Below, piece by piece: positions 26,795 to 38,461 of a stretch of DNA of 44,746 nucleotides. The position numbers and the translations under genes were made by a program. Position 1 is the first letter of the stretch, and every line of letters starts with the position of its first letter. The DNA comes from Welwitschia mirabilis (Eukaryota), in NCBI GenBank assembly GCA_051453625.1, contig JBOZIK010000001.1, positions 6,609,596 through 6,654,341 on the forward strand, read 5' to 3'. The notes under the pieces were generated by a model, which was not told the DNA's origin, did not search any database, and saw only the letters and a program-made list of their open reading frames with translations.

Positions 26795-27002
26795 ATGAAG
26801 AACGCAGAAGCCATTCAAACGGAGGACTCTGCAAAAACCTCTTGGAATGGAAACGTTAACGGTAAACTGAATGTCCATTTTTATGGTAATGATTCTTCAA
26901 TGGTCTCTCTTACTATGACAACGCCCCAAAATGGTCATCATGGCGAACGTGGAGAATCAGAGACAGTTGCTAAAGAGCACTCTATCTTTATGGATGAGCA
27001 AG
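26795..27002 (+). CDS. MEBL: MEB-like (membrane protein of ER body-like) gene, coding exon 1
   Basis: ATG in CACCATGA context; MKNAEAIQ...KEHSIFMDEQG|gtagga. The phase-1 donor joins in frame to exon 2. The end resembles the SVYFDKQxG motif I recall from MEBL proteins. Confidence 0.7.
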
Positions 27003-29710
27003 GTAGGACGTTACCCCTAAGCGCGAAGCAACGTCTGACGTCCATTTCAGAATTCCGAGCGTTACCGATAACTCTTTCTATCGTTCTTCTTCTTTTGATG
27101 CAGTGTTCAAATGTTGCCCTTAAAAATAACACCACTACAAGATTATTAGGTTCCTTTCAATTTAGAACTCGTGGTTTAAAATGTTTTGTACTCCATACGA
27201 TTTCAACTTCCATTTGATGTCAAGTGGTGTCATTGCGGAATTCCCAGCGTTAGTCATAACTCTTGCTATTGTTCTTTGTGTTTTGATCCAGTCTTCAAAT
27301 TTTTCTGTAAATATGATATCACAAGAAGATTATTACATTTCTTTCGATTTAGAATAAGTGCTGTACAATGTTTCGTAGTCCGTATGGTTTCAACCCTTTT
27401 TGATGTTAAAGGTTTTCGTAACGCACCATTCGAAGGAGAGAGACTGCAGGTAATTTATCAACGTTGGAACATGGGGATCTCTTAAGCTAATAGGTTTCTG
27501 GAGTGCACTTGTATTTTTTTGATTGATATTTTTCGTTTAAGGTATGTAAACAATACCTTATTCACATTTTATTCATCTCGTTTTTCTCCTCCAAGTTAGA
27601 TTCTGCTTCCTATCTTGAAGATGAATATAGAATGAGAAAACGTAAATTGTTCTAAATAAACTCCGCTCCAACTATTCCATCTGCCAGCTTCATCCTCCCT
27701 AGACTTACTCCGTGGCAGTATTTAATTGCAATTTTTCAGTTTTAGACCTGCAGCCCTTCATCTTGTACTTTTTCTTTGTGTAATGTCATTTTGTTGTACC
27801 GGAGGAAACCTTAACTCTGAATTCCAATTTATCAATGTTACTTATTTTTTCGACTTCACAAAGTTGTTCAAGACAGGTAAACAACAGTCATCCCTTTGAA
27901 TTCATAACGTAGTAAAGGAGGAGATATTTTAGTAATGTACTTTGCCATTTCTATTGCTCTGGAGAAATACGTAGACGGTAAGTTCTTTCATATAAGATAC
28001 ATGTGACAGGTCAACACTTTCTTCTTCTTTTTATTTTCCTTTTTAAAAAAAGTACTCTATATTTTCTGCCATTTCTTGTACTGCTTGGAAGTTTTTGCAT
28101 TTATGCTTTAATTCAGTATCTTGTCAATCTGGAGCCATTCTTGTGAATTCTAAGATATTAAGACAAATTGTAAAGTTTAAAATGAAAACTATGCAGGCAA
28201 GCAACGCAAGAAAAGGAAGTAGATTCACAACATTTGAAAATATTATAAACTCATGCAAAGATCAAGCTGTATGAAACATTAAAGAAAAGCACAAACATTG
28301 CTACCAGCGGTCAGCCTGTGATGGAAATAAGCATTGAAATCATTTTGTTTTATTTTGTCTTCATTATTGGCTGTGGGAGGGGTGCAGGGCTTAGGATAGG
28401 TTAAAGGGCAATGAACGTTATATTTTCTTTAAAANNNNNNNNNNNNNNNNNNNNNNNNNNNNNNNNNNNNNNNNNNNNNNNNNNNNNNNNNNNNNNNNNN
28501 NNNNNNNNNNNNNNNNNNNNNNNNNNNNNNNNNNNNNNNNNNNNNNNNNNNNNNNNNNNNNNNNNNNNNNNNNNNNNNNNNNNNNNNNNNNNNNNNNNNN
28601 NNNNNNNNNNNNNNNNNNNNNNNNNNNNNNNNNNNNNNNNNNNNNNNNNNNNNNNNNNNNNNNNNNNNNNNNNNNNNNNNNNNNNNNNNNNNNNNNNNNN
28701 NNNNNNNNNNNNNNNNNNNNNNNNNNNNNNNNNNNNNNNNNNNNNNNNNNNNNNNNNNNNNNNNNNNNNNNNNNNNNNNNNNNNNNNNNNNNNNNNNNNN
28801 NNNNNNNNNNNNNNNNNNNNNNNNNNNNNNNNNNNNNNNNNNNNNNNNNNNNNNNNNNNNNNNNNNNNNNNNNNNNNNNNNNNNNNNNNNNNNNNNNNNN
28901 NNNNNNNNNNNNNNNNNNNNNNNNNNNNNNNNNNNNNNNNNNNNNNNNNNNNNNNNNNNNNNNNNNNNNNNNNNNNNNNNNNNNNNNNNNNNNNNNNNNN
29001 NNNNNNNNNNNNNNNNNNNNNNNNNNNNNNNNNNNNNNNNNNNNNNNNNNNNNNNNNNNNNNNNNNNNNNNNNNNNNNNNNNNNNNNNNNNNNNNNNNNN
29101 NNNNNNNNNNNNNNNNNNNNNNNNNNNNNNNNNNNNNNNNNNNNNNNNNNNNNNNNNNNNNNNNNNGACTCTCCTACTTGCAAGTCACCACTTCCACTTA
29201 CTAGCTGCAAGGTTGCCTATCATGCAAGGTCATCAGTTTTAAGTTGGGCACCATCAGCAAGTGATAGGAACTTGTGGGAAAAGTTTTAGTCTGACCACTA
29301 ATGGGAAGTATCAGCTAAGCAGCATGAATTGAGCTCCTAACCTTCTTAATAATCTAGTGCTGTTGCAATGCCTTCTCTTTGCAACAAAATTTTCGAGTAT
29401 TGTTATCATGAACTTTCTCCCTCATTCTTTTCATGCACCAGTCATGTTTAAAGATGCTGGTTTAGATCTTTTGGTGGATACATCAATAGCCTCCCATTTA
29501 CCAACTTTGAAACCATTTTCCTAAACTGTATTTTTATCTACCTTATTTAATAAGTGCATGATACAACATTTTTGAAGCACTATAAGTTTATAACTTCTCT
29601 TTTTTATGCTAGATAATAAAAATCTTCTCCAGTGCAGATCTCTTGAAAATTTTATTTGTGCAAGTGATCTGACATCAGATTCTATGTTCTGATCTAAGTC
29701 TTTGTCTGTT

Positions 29711-30064
29711 CTTCAACTGTTAAACTCTTTTTAGACTGAGGACGCAAATTAAATATTCATCTATAAGTTTCTCTGTTTCTTTGCTTGCAGAATCTTGGTT
29801 CTTTTAATGTTTAGAGATCAAGAACTTAGTTACTTATTTGGATTTTATGAATTTAATCCACTAAATGATGCCAATCTTTGAGTCCACTTCAACTGTTAAA
29901 TTCTGGTTAGGCTGAGAATGCAAATTACATATTCATTAATAAGTTTCTCTGTTTCTTTACCCGTAGAATCTCGGTTCTCTTAATGTTTGAAGATCAAGCA
30001 GTTAATTACTTATTGGGATTTTGGATCAACTTAATCCACTGAACAATGCCAATCTTGGAATCCA
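29711..30064. repeat. Diverged ~177-bp tandem duplication in intron 1
   Basis: Units 29711-29886 and 29887-30064 both start CTTCAACTGTTAAA and end TGCCAATCTT.GA.TCCA. Confidence 0.93.
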
Positions 30065-30754
30065 AGCTTTTGTTGCTCACCCTGACACTTCATCTCTACT
30101 CCATATTCTACATGGCAGCTTTCATGAGCTATTTATCCAACAACAATGAATGCTCTCAATTGTTGTAATTATTCTCACTTTAGAGGAGTGGATGTTGTCA
30201 ACCCCTCCCCATTTTGGTTCTGGTCAAACCTTTTTGCATTTACCTTTTTCTATAACATGGATTTCTTATCCTAAGTGAATAGGCCCTATTTGTGAGACAA
30301 GTCTCTCAAGATGAGTAGATTCCACAATATTTGGTGTTTACAACCAAAAAATGTTGCAAATGATTGAAAAAGCAATTGTGAAGAGACCATCAAAGGTGAA
30401 GCGAGCTATAGCTTTTCACCTTTGTTTAAAAATATATGCAAACTATAATAGAAACAAAAGTCGGAAAAAAGACAAATTTCTTTGGCACGTTTCTTTCAAT
30501 GATTATCAATGATTATCAATCCCATTTAGTGATTTCTTTTCTGTAAAATCTTGGTTACTGGAACAGTAAAATACTCGAGATCAAATTGCATAATTGGTAG
30601 AAACCTTTTGAGCTATTGCATCAAAAGGAGTGGTTATTTTGCTTGGATAATTATGATGCAAAAGAAAACATATCCTAGGATTAGTTTTAAAAATCACAAA
30701 GTTTTCAACTTTGAATTTCTTTCCATTTAAGGAGTTGAATCTAAATTTTTCTAG

Positions 30755-30904
30755 GGTCATGGAAATGCCGCCATTGCAGTTGGGTTTATGCTGCAGTAAA
30801 GCCGATTACAGATTGCATACCCAAGCATAAAGAACATTGTCATGCGGGAAATATGCAAATGAGTTCAAACAATGGGGATTTGCATGAATATTCACTTAAG
30901 GAAG
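30755..30904 (+). CDS. MEBL: MEB-like gene, exon 2
   Basis: ttttctag|GG TCA TGG AAA TGC CGC CAT TGC AGT TGG... gives (G)SWKCRHCSWVY...YSLKE(G)|gtaggt. 150 nt, open, phase 1 at both ends. WKCRHCxW is characteristic of MEBL N-termini. Confidence 0.85.
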
Positions 30905-31213
30905 GTAGGTTACAGTTATGTATTGCATAGTTTGGTATGTAGAAACTGCAAGGACATCTGTTAGAGAGTTCAATCATCCATTTTATGATCATCTTTGATG
31001 TGGAGTCCCTTTGTAACCATGTGGACTGTCACGTGTTACAAATTTTGTAACAATCCTTAACACTACCATTTCTGACAGGACTACCACTGCCGGTAGGATG
31101 CTATTGTTTGTGAAGCTTTTACTAAATTATGTACTCATTGAATACAGCCATATTAGTCAACTCCATTTCAAAATTGATGTTGTCAACATTATTAAACAGT
31201 GTTTTTAATGCAG

Positions 31214-32149
31214 ATGATATAAAAGATTACTATACTAGAGTTGGAATGAAAGATAACAGCAAGACGAATGACTTGGCAGCTGAAACAATGGAGATTAAAC
31301 AGTTCTATCCAGATGTTACCATTGATGGAAAAAACAATTTCAGGGAATGCAAACTATTGGAAACCAATCTTTCAATCGGTGGCATCGAGTTATCTGAAGA
31401 AAATGACTTACCTTCAACTCATGTTTCAATGACTACCAGTGAAATAGAAAAGTCATTGCATGCAGTTGATGAGCACAAGAATGAAATCAATGTTTCTGAG
31501 GTTGATACCAGTAGCTCAATCGATAAAGCTTTAAATACAGAAGAGGAGGTGCAGCCATCAAAAAAATTGGCAGAATTCTCATTGCATACAGGTGATGAGC
31601 AGAAGAATCGAACCAATTTTTCTGAGGTTGATACCAGTAGCTCAATGGGTGAAGCTTTAAACACAGAAGAGGAGGAGCAGCTATCAAAGAAATTGGGAGA
31701 ATTCTTCAAGGGAAAGCTTTCTGAAGGTTATGTAGAAGAGATAGTTCAAGTCATAAAGGAGCAAAAATCACATGACCTTCTTTGTCCTGTTTGTGGTTCA
31801 TGTGTCACTAAGCGTGTAATATTGCGAAAAAGGAAACGAACAAACACAATGTCTGTTGGTACACATGCTCAACTCGCTGATCATCCAACAGGTGTAGAAA
31901 TCACTGAAAGTGAAAATGCTATGCTTAATTCAGCTCTTAATGTGCATGATGACAGTAATAGAAAGAAACAATCAAAGGGAGAGTTTTCCAGTAAAGTGTT
32001 CCAAGAACCTGCTGCCACTTCGTCTTTGTCTAGGTCGGAAGGTCAGACAAATGTACATGAACAGCATAATGCTACACAAGTCTTACGTGACAGTGAGGAT
32101 GATGAAGTTTTTGGTTGCTTGTCCTGCTTTTCAATTTTCTTCAAGAAAG
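31214..32149 (+). CDS. MEBL: MEB-like gene, exon 3
   Basis: Lies within ORF 31129-32199, with acceptor taatgcag| and donor AAAG|gtattg. Contains HDLLCPVCGSCVTKRVILRKRKR and VFGCLSCFSIF, hallmark motifs of MEB1/MEB2/MEBL proteins. Confidence 0.9.
31453..31704 (+). repeat. 126-bp (42-aa) tandem duplication inside exon 3
   Basis: SLHAVDEHKNEINVSEVDTSSSIDKALNTEEEVQPSKKLAEF followed by SLHTGDEQKNRTNFSEVDTSSSMGEALNTEEEEQLSKKLGEF. Confidence 0.97.
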
Positions 32150-32616
32150 GTATTGCATTTGCTACAGCATCTAGTGTTTTCTTTCCAGATATTTTATAAA
32201 TACATAAAATATAGTTTATTGCATCAACAGAGTAAAATAATGTTCTGGTTTGTCCTGGTTTGTTATAAAGGGATTTAACTAGTAGCTTAATATTATAACA
32301 AGTAGGATGGCATTAAGATGATATGTTGGCCTAAGGTTTTTACATATTTAAGTTACTTTCAAGTGATTTAAAATCATTTCATAGATTTTTAGTTAAAATA
32401 GTTAAAATGTTAGGAAAATACCAAGGAAATAAATTATGACTCATGAAGAAAGTATATGTATGATAGAAAAACATCAATAAAAAGGATTTTTCATAGCACA
32501 AAAGTATTTCCTTTAGATAGATGTTTTACCATACATGGAAAACAATCATAGTTTTGCTAGCACATAGTCTGATATACTTGTTAAGTAGTTTTTCTAACCT
32601 TGGAGTAGAAAGGTGT

Positions 32617-35600
32617 TGTTATATTCCACAACCCCCTCTTTTGTAACTTTTAATTCCTCAAATATTAGACATATCAATCTCTTAAGTATATGATACTTTT
32701 TGGTATTGCAGTTTTAATATGAAACCCTTTTTCAATTAGAGGCTTTATAGAAACTAATATTTATTTTTATAACCAATGATGTCTTTTCCCCCTTATGTCA
32801 AGACTATGCATATGCATTATGCTTAATTTGAAATTTTGGATGCTTGTATGATATTTTCAGTAATTAATCTTAAATTAGCTAATTTTCATAGTTTTGGTAA
32901 TTTTTTATTATTATTTTATAAATACTTTTACCCAAAAAATTTAATAAACAAAGTTATCCAAATATTAAAGCCAAATTATTCCATTTCTATAAAGGCATTC
33001 AATTTACATGGTAAAATTATTAAATTGAGAATCTTATAAAAAATATAAAATAATAATAAAATATTTATATAATGGCATATTAAAATCTTTATATTGCTCA
33101 TTTATTCTTGTGTCTCATCTAAGGTAAAAAGAGTAAAATTACGTGGAAAAAGTGAATGGTTAATGTAGGTGGCAAAACAAGTGGATAAAAATTTGAGTAT
33201 ACTATATTCTATTATGACATTTTGTTTCTTATGTTTTATGTCGAAGGATTTGATGGATCATAAAATTAATGACATGTAAATAGGTGCATGCACTCTTAAC
33301 TATAAACCAAAAAGGATGAATGAGTAGATTTTACTCTACTATGAGGTTTATCCTTCTTGATATTTGTAAAAGTACTTGGTTACAAAATATTTAGTTTCTT
33401 GTTTATTGGAATTGGAAAAAATTATCTCATTAAGACACATGACAATTTTGAAATTGGTGTATAAGAAGAGATTTATTCTTCGAATGTATATTACACATTA
33501 TTCAATATATGTTTTGAATTGATTAGATATGGTTATAAGCCTATGAATGATTAAGAAGGAACTAGCATGAGAAAATGATGTATGTAATTAACCTTGCTAA
33601 TTAAAGCAAGATAATTGTTTACCCTAGTTAGGTGCATGAATTATAAATATGATTTTTTTTGTCATTTATACATCAATGTCACTTATTACTCAAGCTTGAC
33701 CAACTTGTTAGTAACCAATCTTATCCAATTCAACGTGACCCATTTTATTCAATTCAATATGATCAATCTTATATACTTTAATATAATCATATTACCTCAT
33801 GGGTAAAATGGTATGTGTGATACTTACCCAATTGAATCAAGGACTTTTGGTCTATCATTCACCTATAAATAGAGCCCTTCCCTCTCTTAAAAACCAATTT
33901 TTCATTTTTAGGTAAGTGCATATTATCAAATTCTCTTCTCACTATTCCATCTTCTTTTCTTCTCTTCTCATCCTCTTGCTTTTGAGTGTGGAGCTTGGAG
34001 CTAAGGATCTTAGAGTTTAGGACTTGATCAAATTTTCATCAAATTTCATCAAATAGGAGTCTCCAATTATTACTTTTTCAAATAGGTTTCTTCTACTTAT
34101 GGTATTTTTATGTTATTTCTTTTTTTCGAGAAAATATGTGGTGTGATAGAGTATTGCTTAGGCCATTGCACAAGCTTTTTATAATGTTTATTCTATTGAA
34201 ATTGTCCCTTCCATTTGGCTCAAAGCAAGATAGGGAACATATTTGAGGGGTCTCTTTACATGCTTGGTTGAAGGTGTTACCAATGGAAAATTTTGGCTAA
34301 GGGACAAGGGGTTACTGTAATATTTGGGTACCCATGCTTTGCTATGCATTTGTAAATGATTTTGATAGTTTCATTATGCATCATATATGCATTAGAATCC
34401 TCTTATTAGGCAAATTATATCATCCTTAATCTCATTTACGCTAAGTAGTCTTTCATGTTCATCCTAAGGCTCATTGAACTTGTTTACTTTAAATTAATTT
34501 TGTGCATCGATTTTTCAACTTCATTTGAATTTTTATTAGTTAAATTTTATTTTGTATATGACATAGACTGATTATATTTTCGTCTTTGTATTAATTTCAT
34601 AAACTATAGTTGCTTAAATTTACATATAAATTTTTATGTTCTATATAGATCTTTTTTTTGAAAATAGTAATATAAGTTAGGAAGATCAGAACCGATTAAA
34701 TTTTAATTGAAATTTAATGAGATTTGTTTTGTAGGTCTAGGCTTCAGTTAAGATCAAAAAATTTTAATAATAGTAATTTTTTTGAGATTTAATAACTTTC
34801 TCAAAATAATGCAAAAAAAGCCTTAGAAAACAATTGGTAATCTTAGATTGAAAAATTAATACCAAGTTCCTTATAGTGAATGGATAATCTATATTTTAAG
34901 GAACTAAATAAGCTTTCCAAAGAATTTCGAATCACTTAAAAATTCAAAGTAGTTTAAAAGTTATTACTTTTGTAGTGTGGTGGAGTATGATCATAATCCT
35001 AAAAATTTAGACAGTTTTTACAGTTAAAATATGATCTTAGAAAATGTATTTATAGATATCAAAACTTGATAAAGATAATTTTTAGAAGTCATATCATGAG
35101 TCTAGTTTAAGAAAAAATTTAGAGTTTAAGAAAAATTATAATGATTTATTTTTACCTTTATAGATAGTTAATTATTAATTTTTAGTTACAATGTCCCTTC
35201 AAAGGCCAAAAATTATCTAGTTAATTATAGACAATTTATTTAATAAAATTATGTTAATAATTTAGGAGTTTAAGATGTATAATAATTAAACCANNNNNNN
35301 NNNAACTCGTACCTTTCTTATTAAGGCCTTGTTTTGGAATAGTAATTAAATTTCCTATTTTAGGATGAGCTAAGTTTAACTAATTAGTTTTTTTAAGGAA
35401 AGTGTATTTTAATGTTGTTTTAATCTTATAATACTATTAATACTTCTCGTTTGTGTATAAAATCCTCTTCTTCATTATTTACTATTATTTTGATAAATAT
35501 TTTCAAAAATTTATAAAGGTTTTCATTTTGGTTATCCAACCAACTTAATTAGTTCTTTTGATTTTTACTTCTTTTACTAATTTTATAAATACATAAATTT

Positions 35601-36746
35601 TAAGTAAGCATTACATCTTATGCTTCTATTTTTCTCTTCATTAATCATATTATTATGTTAGAAAGTTGTCAGTTGGACTTGAAAAAAGGGGGCTAAATAG
35701 AATTATAGTTTTATGCATAGAATATTTTATTTATTTTTTCTCTCAAGAAGAATTCTAGAGTGGAAATGTGGTTTGCGTGGAAGTTACAATTATGTGAAAT
35801 GACAAGAATATATTTATAATATCTTGATTTCCATTACCATATTTTTTTTAAATACAATTATTTTCTAATGTGCCAAATGTAAAATTATGTATGTGTTTCT
35901 TTTTTAGTATATGTGATTGTTTGCAATAAAATAAAGTTAGACATTTTTTTGGGTAAACAATTAACTAAATATCCATCTTAGTTAAAATTGTATGCATGTG
36001 TTTGTGTGGTATATTTAGCAAATGATAACTAAATTAAGATAATGCTAATAAAGTTCATTTGAATACTTTTGGATTTCATCACCAATGTGGGTTGCATTGC
36101 ATTTTTTTGTATAAACCCTTTTAAAAGTAGATTTAATTACCACTCTTCTACCCTACCTATGTATGCACTTACCTTGACTTAATATCCTAAGCCTTTGGTG
36201 TCGAAGGATTATGTTGCACCATCTTAAGATGCTTCAAGGAAGCGGGGGTCACTTGTAAACATGAATCCACCTCACATATCACTTGTTGCATATTTGGTGG
36301 TATATCGAGGTAGAGGCTAAGCTTGTGGAGTTGAGCCCAACTATGTTTGTTTATTTTAGAATCTGAAGTAGAACTAACTCATGTTTTGAATGACAACTGG
36401 ATATGGAGTTGGAATGCTATTAATATGAGATACAACCTCCTATTGTATTGGTTAGGAAGTATACTAAACCAATGTCCATGTTTGTATTAAAACAAGTTGA
36501 CATCTCAATCACTGTATACACCATATTTGTGTGTGGCGAAAAACTAGGAAGAGATATAGGACACATAAGTGACATCACTATTGTTTGCAAACTAAAATAA
36601 TTTCTCCATAAGAAATATTTGTAATGTTTATTTTTTAAAACATATATATAGTGCTAATAACGTATGTGTAGATTTGAAGTTCCGCTAAGCGTTTCAATTA
36701 ATTAAAAATTATGCTTATTAAGCATAAATTAAGTGGGGGTGTTACA
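32617..36746 (+). mobile_element. Probable ~4.1-kb solo LTR (Ty3/gypsy, Tekay/Del-like) in intron 3
   Basis: Ends GTGGGGGTGTTACA and starts TGTTATATTCCAC, a decayed inverted complement. Flanked by GGTGT / GGTTT (5-bp TSD, one mismatch). Internal CTATAAATAG near 33863; no coding motifs recognised. Confidence 0.6.
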
Positions 36747-37772
36747 GGTTTATCACACAAGGACAACTGCAAGGTGACAAGTTGTCATCTCCTATTGAAA
36801 GGGCAGGTGGGAATAGTTATAGATCTTCTTACACTGCCAAGGACAGATCCTCCACAATGAAGTGTAACCTTGAATTATTGCTACTAACTTTGCAAGATGT
36901 GACTTAATTACCCAAGAACCTGTAACATTCCCTTTAAGTTATTGTATTGGAACTTGAAAAGTAAATACAACCTACCGGTGGCTTTAGCATCCATGCTACC
37001 ACAAAGCCTGCAAACCTTTTTGAAGGTGTATGCTTTCTAATTAGACAGATCTTGTAATTTTTTTTGGTGCACAGAAGCTTGTTGATTCACTAGGTTTTCA
37101 TTTAGAAGTCTAAGGGTAATAGAGGGAATTAATCTATGACTGAGGTTTTTGTTAAGATGGGGGTATTGGGTGTGGTCGAAAGGTTGTCTATACTTTGCAG
37201 GTTCATTCTCGAGGATATATGGTTCTCTTATCTTGATAAAGGAAAGGGATAGTCAAGCATTGTTGCACTTGATGCTATTAATGACAATGATATTGGTATT
37301 TGGTAGTGTGAATGAGTATATGACATGACACTTATCATGTCTAGGGGAATGACCTATGCCTATGGGAGGGTTGTTCATCTTTGCATACTCCCTTCTTTAA
37401 GATTTACCTAATTGTGCAATTTAGAAACAAAAGTTGATGTATCTGATAACGTGATGTCATAACAAATGCGTTGAAAACCACACGTCTTGTTACATACCTA
37501 TCATATGCCATCCAGTCCTGGAAATTCTTTGTTACAACATAGAAATATCAAAATCCCAATACTTAACTATTTTCCTGCCATGGGCATCCAACCTTCCCAA
37601 GCAAGGTATCCAACATTTGTTGAATATCCAAAACAGCCTTGTAACATGAGTTTGAATGCCCAAATGCCTCTAAAATCCAAACAGGGGCAATCTACCATGT
37701 TAGGACATGAGGCCAGTCCCTCAAAGTATTAAAATTCATTTAAAATACCCTTAGAAACCACTATTTTGAATT

Positions 37773-38155
37773 TAAGTAAGTTTGCAATACAGACACTGCT
37801 GTCCATGTGATAATTGTTTTGATGTCTTTTCTGTAACTTTGTTGATCAATAGGTGGAGAGTCCATTGAACATTTTTACTAAATACACTTTTTTTTAATAA
37901 GTTATTTTTAGAGTGATCCAACATTTAAGTAAGTTTGTAAATTTTGGTGAGCGCCTAAACTCATGAAGCTGTTTCCTTCTGAATTCATTATAACTATTGC
38001 CTAACAACGTTTGCTTTCTGTAAGTAAGTTTGCAACACAGATATTGCTGTCAGTGTGACACTTGTTTTGATATTGTTTCTGTAACTTTGCTGATTGATAG
38101 ATGGAGAGTCCACTGAACATTTTTACTAAATACACTTTTTTAACAAGTTATTTTA
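37773..38155. repeat. Diverged ~135-bp direct duplication upstream of exon 4
   Basis: 37773-37910 and 38021-38155 both read TAAGTAAGTTTGCAA...GGAGAGTCCA(T/C)TGAACATTTTTACTAAATACACTTTT. A partial third start lies near 37926. Confidence 0.92.
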
Positions 38156-38320
38156 AAGCAGAGTGTTGTTTCTCCTACAATTTTATTTTCACTTTATGAA
38201 CTTATTTTTTTAAAACTAATGCCATTTTCACTTTATGAATACTTTTTTTACTTATGGCTGCATTCCTTTTTTTTTTTTTCTCTTTTTCTTGGGGGGGTCA
38301 TTTTGTTTCTGCCAATTCAG

Positions 38321-38461
38321 CTACCAGCTTTGAATATTCTTCAGCAAAATCTGGAAAGAGTGATGGCAGAACTACTGAACATGACGATGAGGGTGGCAAA
38401 ATTGAATGCTTTTACTGCATTCCATTTCAGGACTGGTGGAGCACTAGACAATCAAAAGAAG
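38321..38461 (+). CDS. MEBL: MEB-like gene, probable exon 4
   Basis: Pyrimidine tract then aattcag|CT ACC AGC...AAA GAA G|gtatgg. 141 nt, open, phase 1 at both ends; encodes TSFEYSSAKSGKSDGRTTEHDDEGGKIECFYCIPFQDWWSTRQSKE. Confidence 0.7.

Noticed and set aside
28401..29289. 269-aa and 292-aa ORFs
   Set aside because: They span the N gap at 28435-29166.
31079..31092. Possible 14-nt micro-exon (cag|GACTACCACTGCCG|gtagga)
   Set aside because: It would shift the frame between exons 2 and 3, which already join in frame.
31129..32199. 356-aa ORF as a standalone gene
   Set aside because: Its ends are intronic read-through; splice sites at 31214 and 32149 fit in frame with the neighbouring exons.
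36747..36906. Possible exon or LINE RT motif (GQLQGDKLSSP) after the solo LTR
   Set aside because: The AG is formed by the LTR end without a pyrimidine tract, and the resemblance to QGDPLSP is too short to support.
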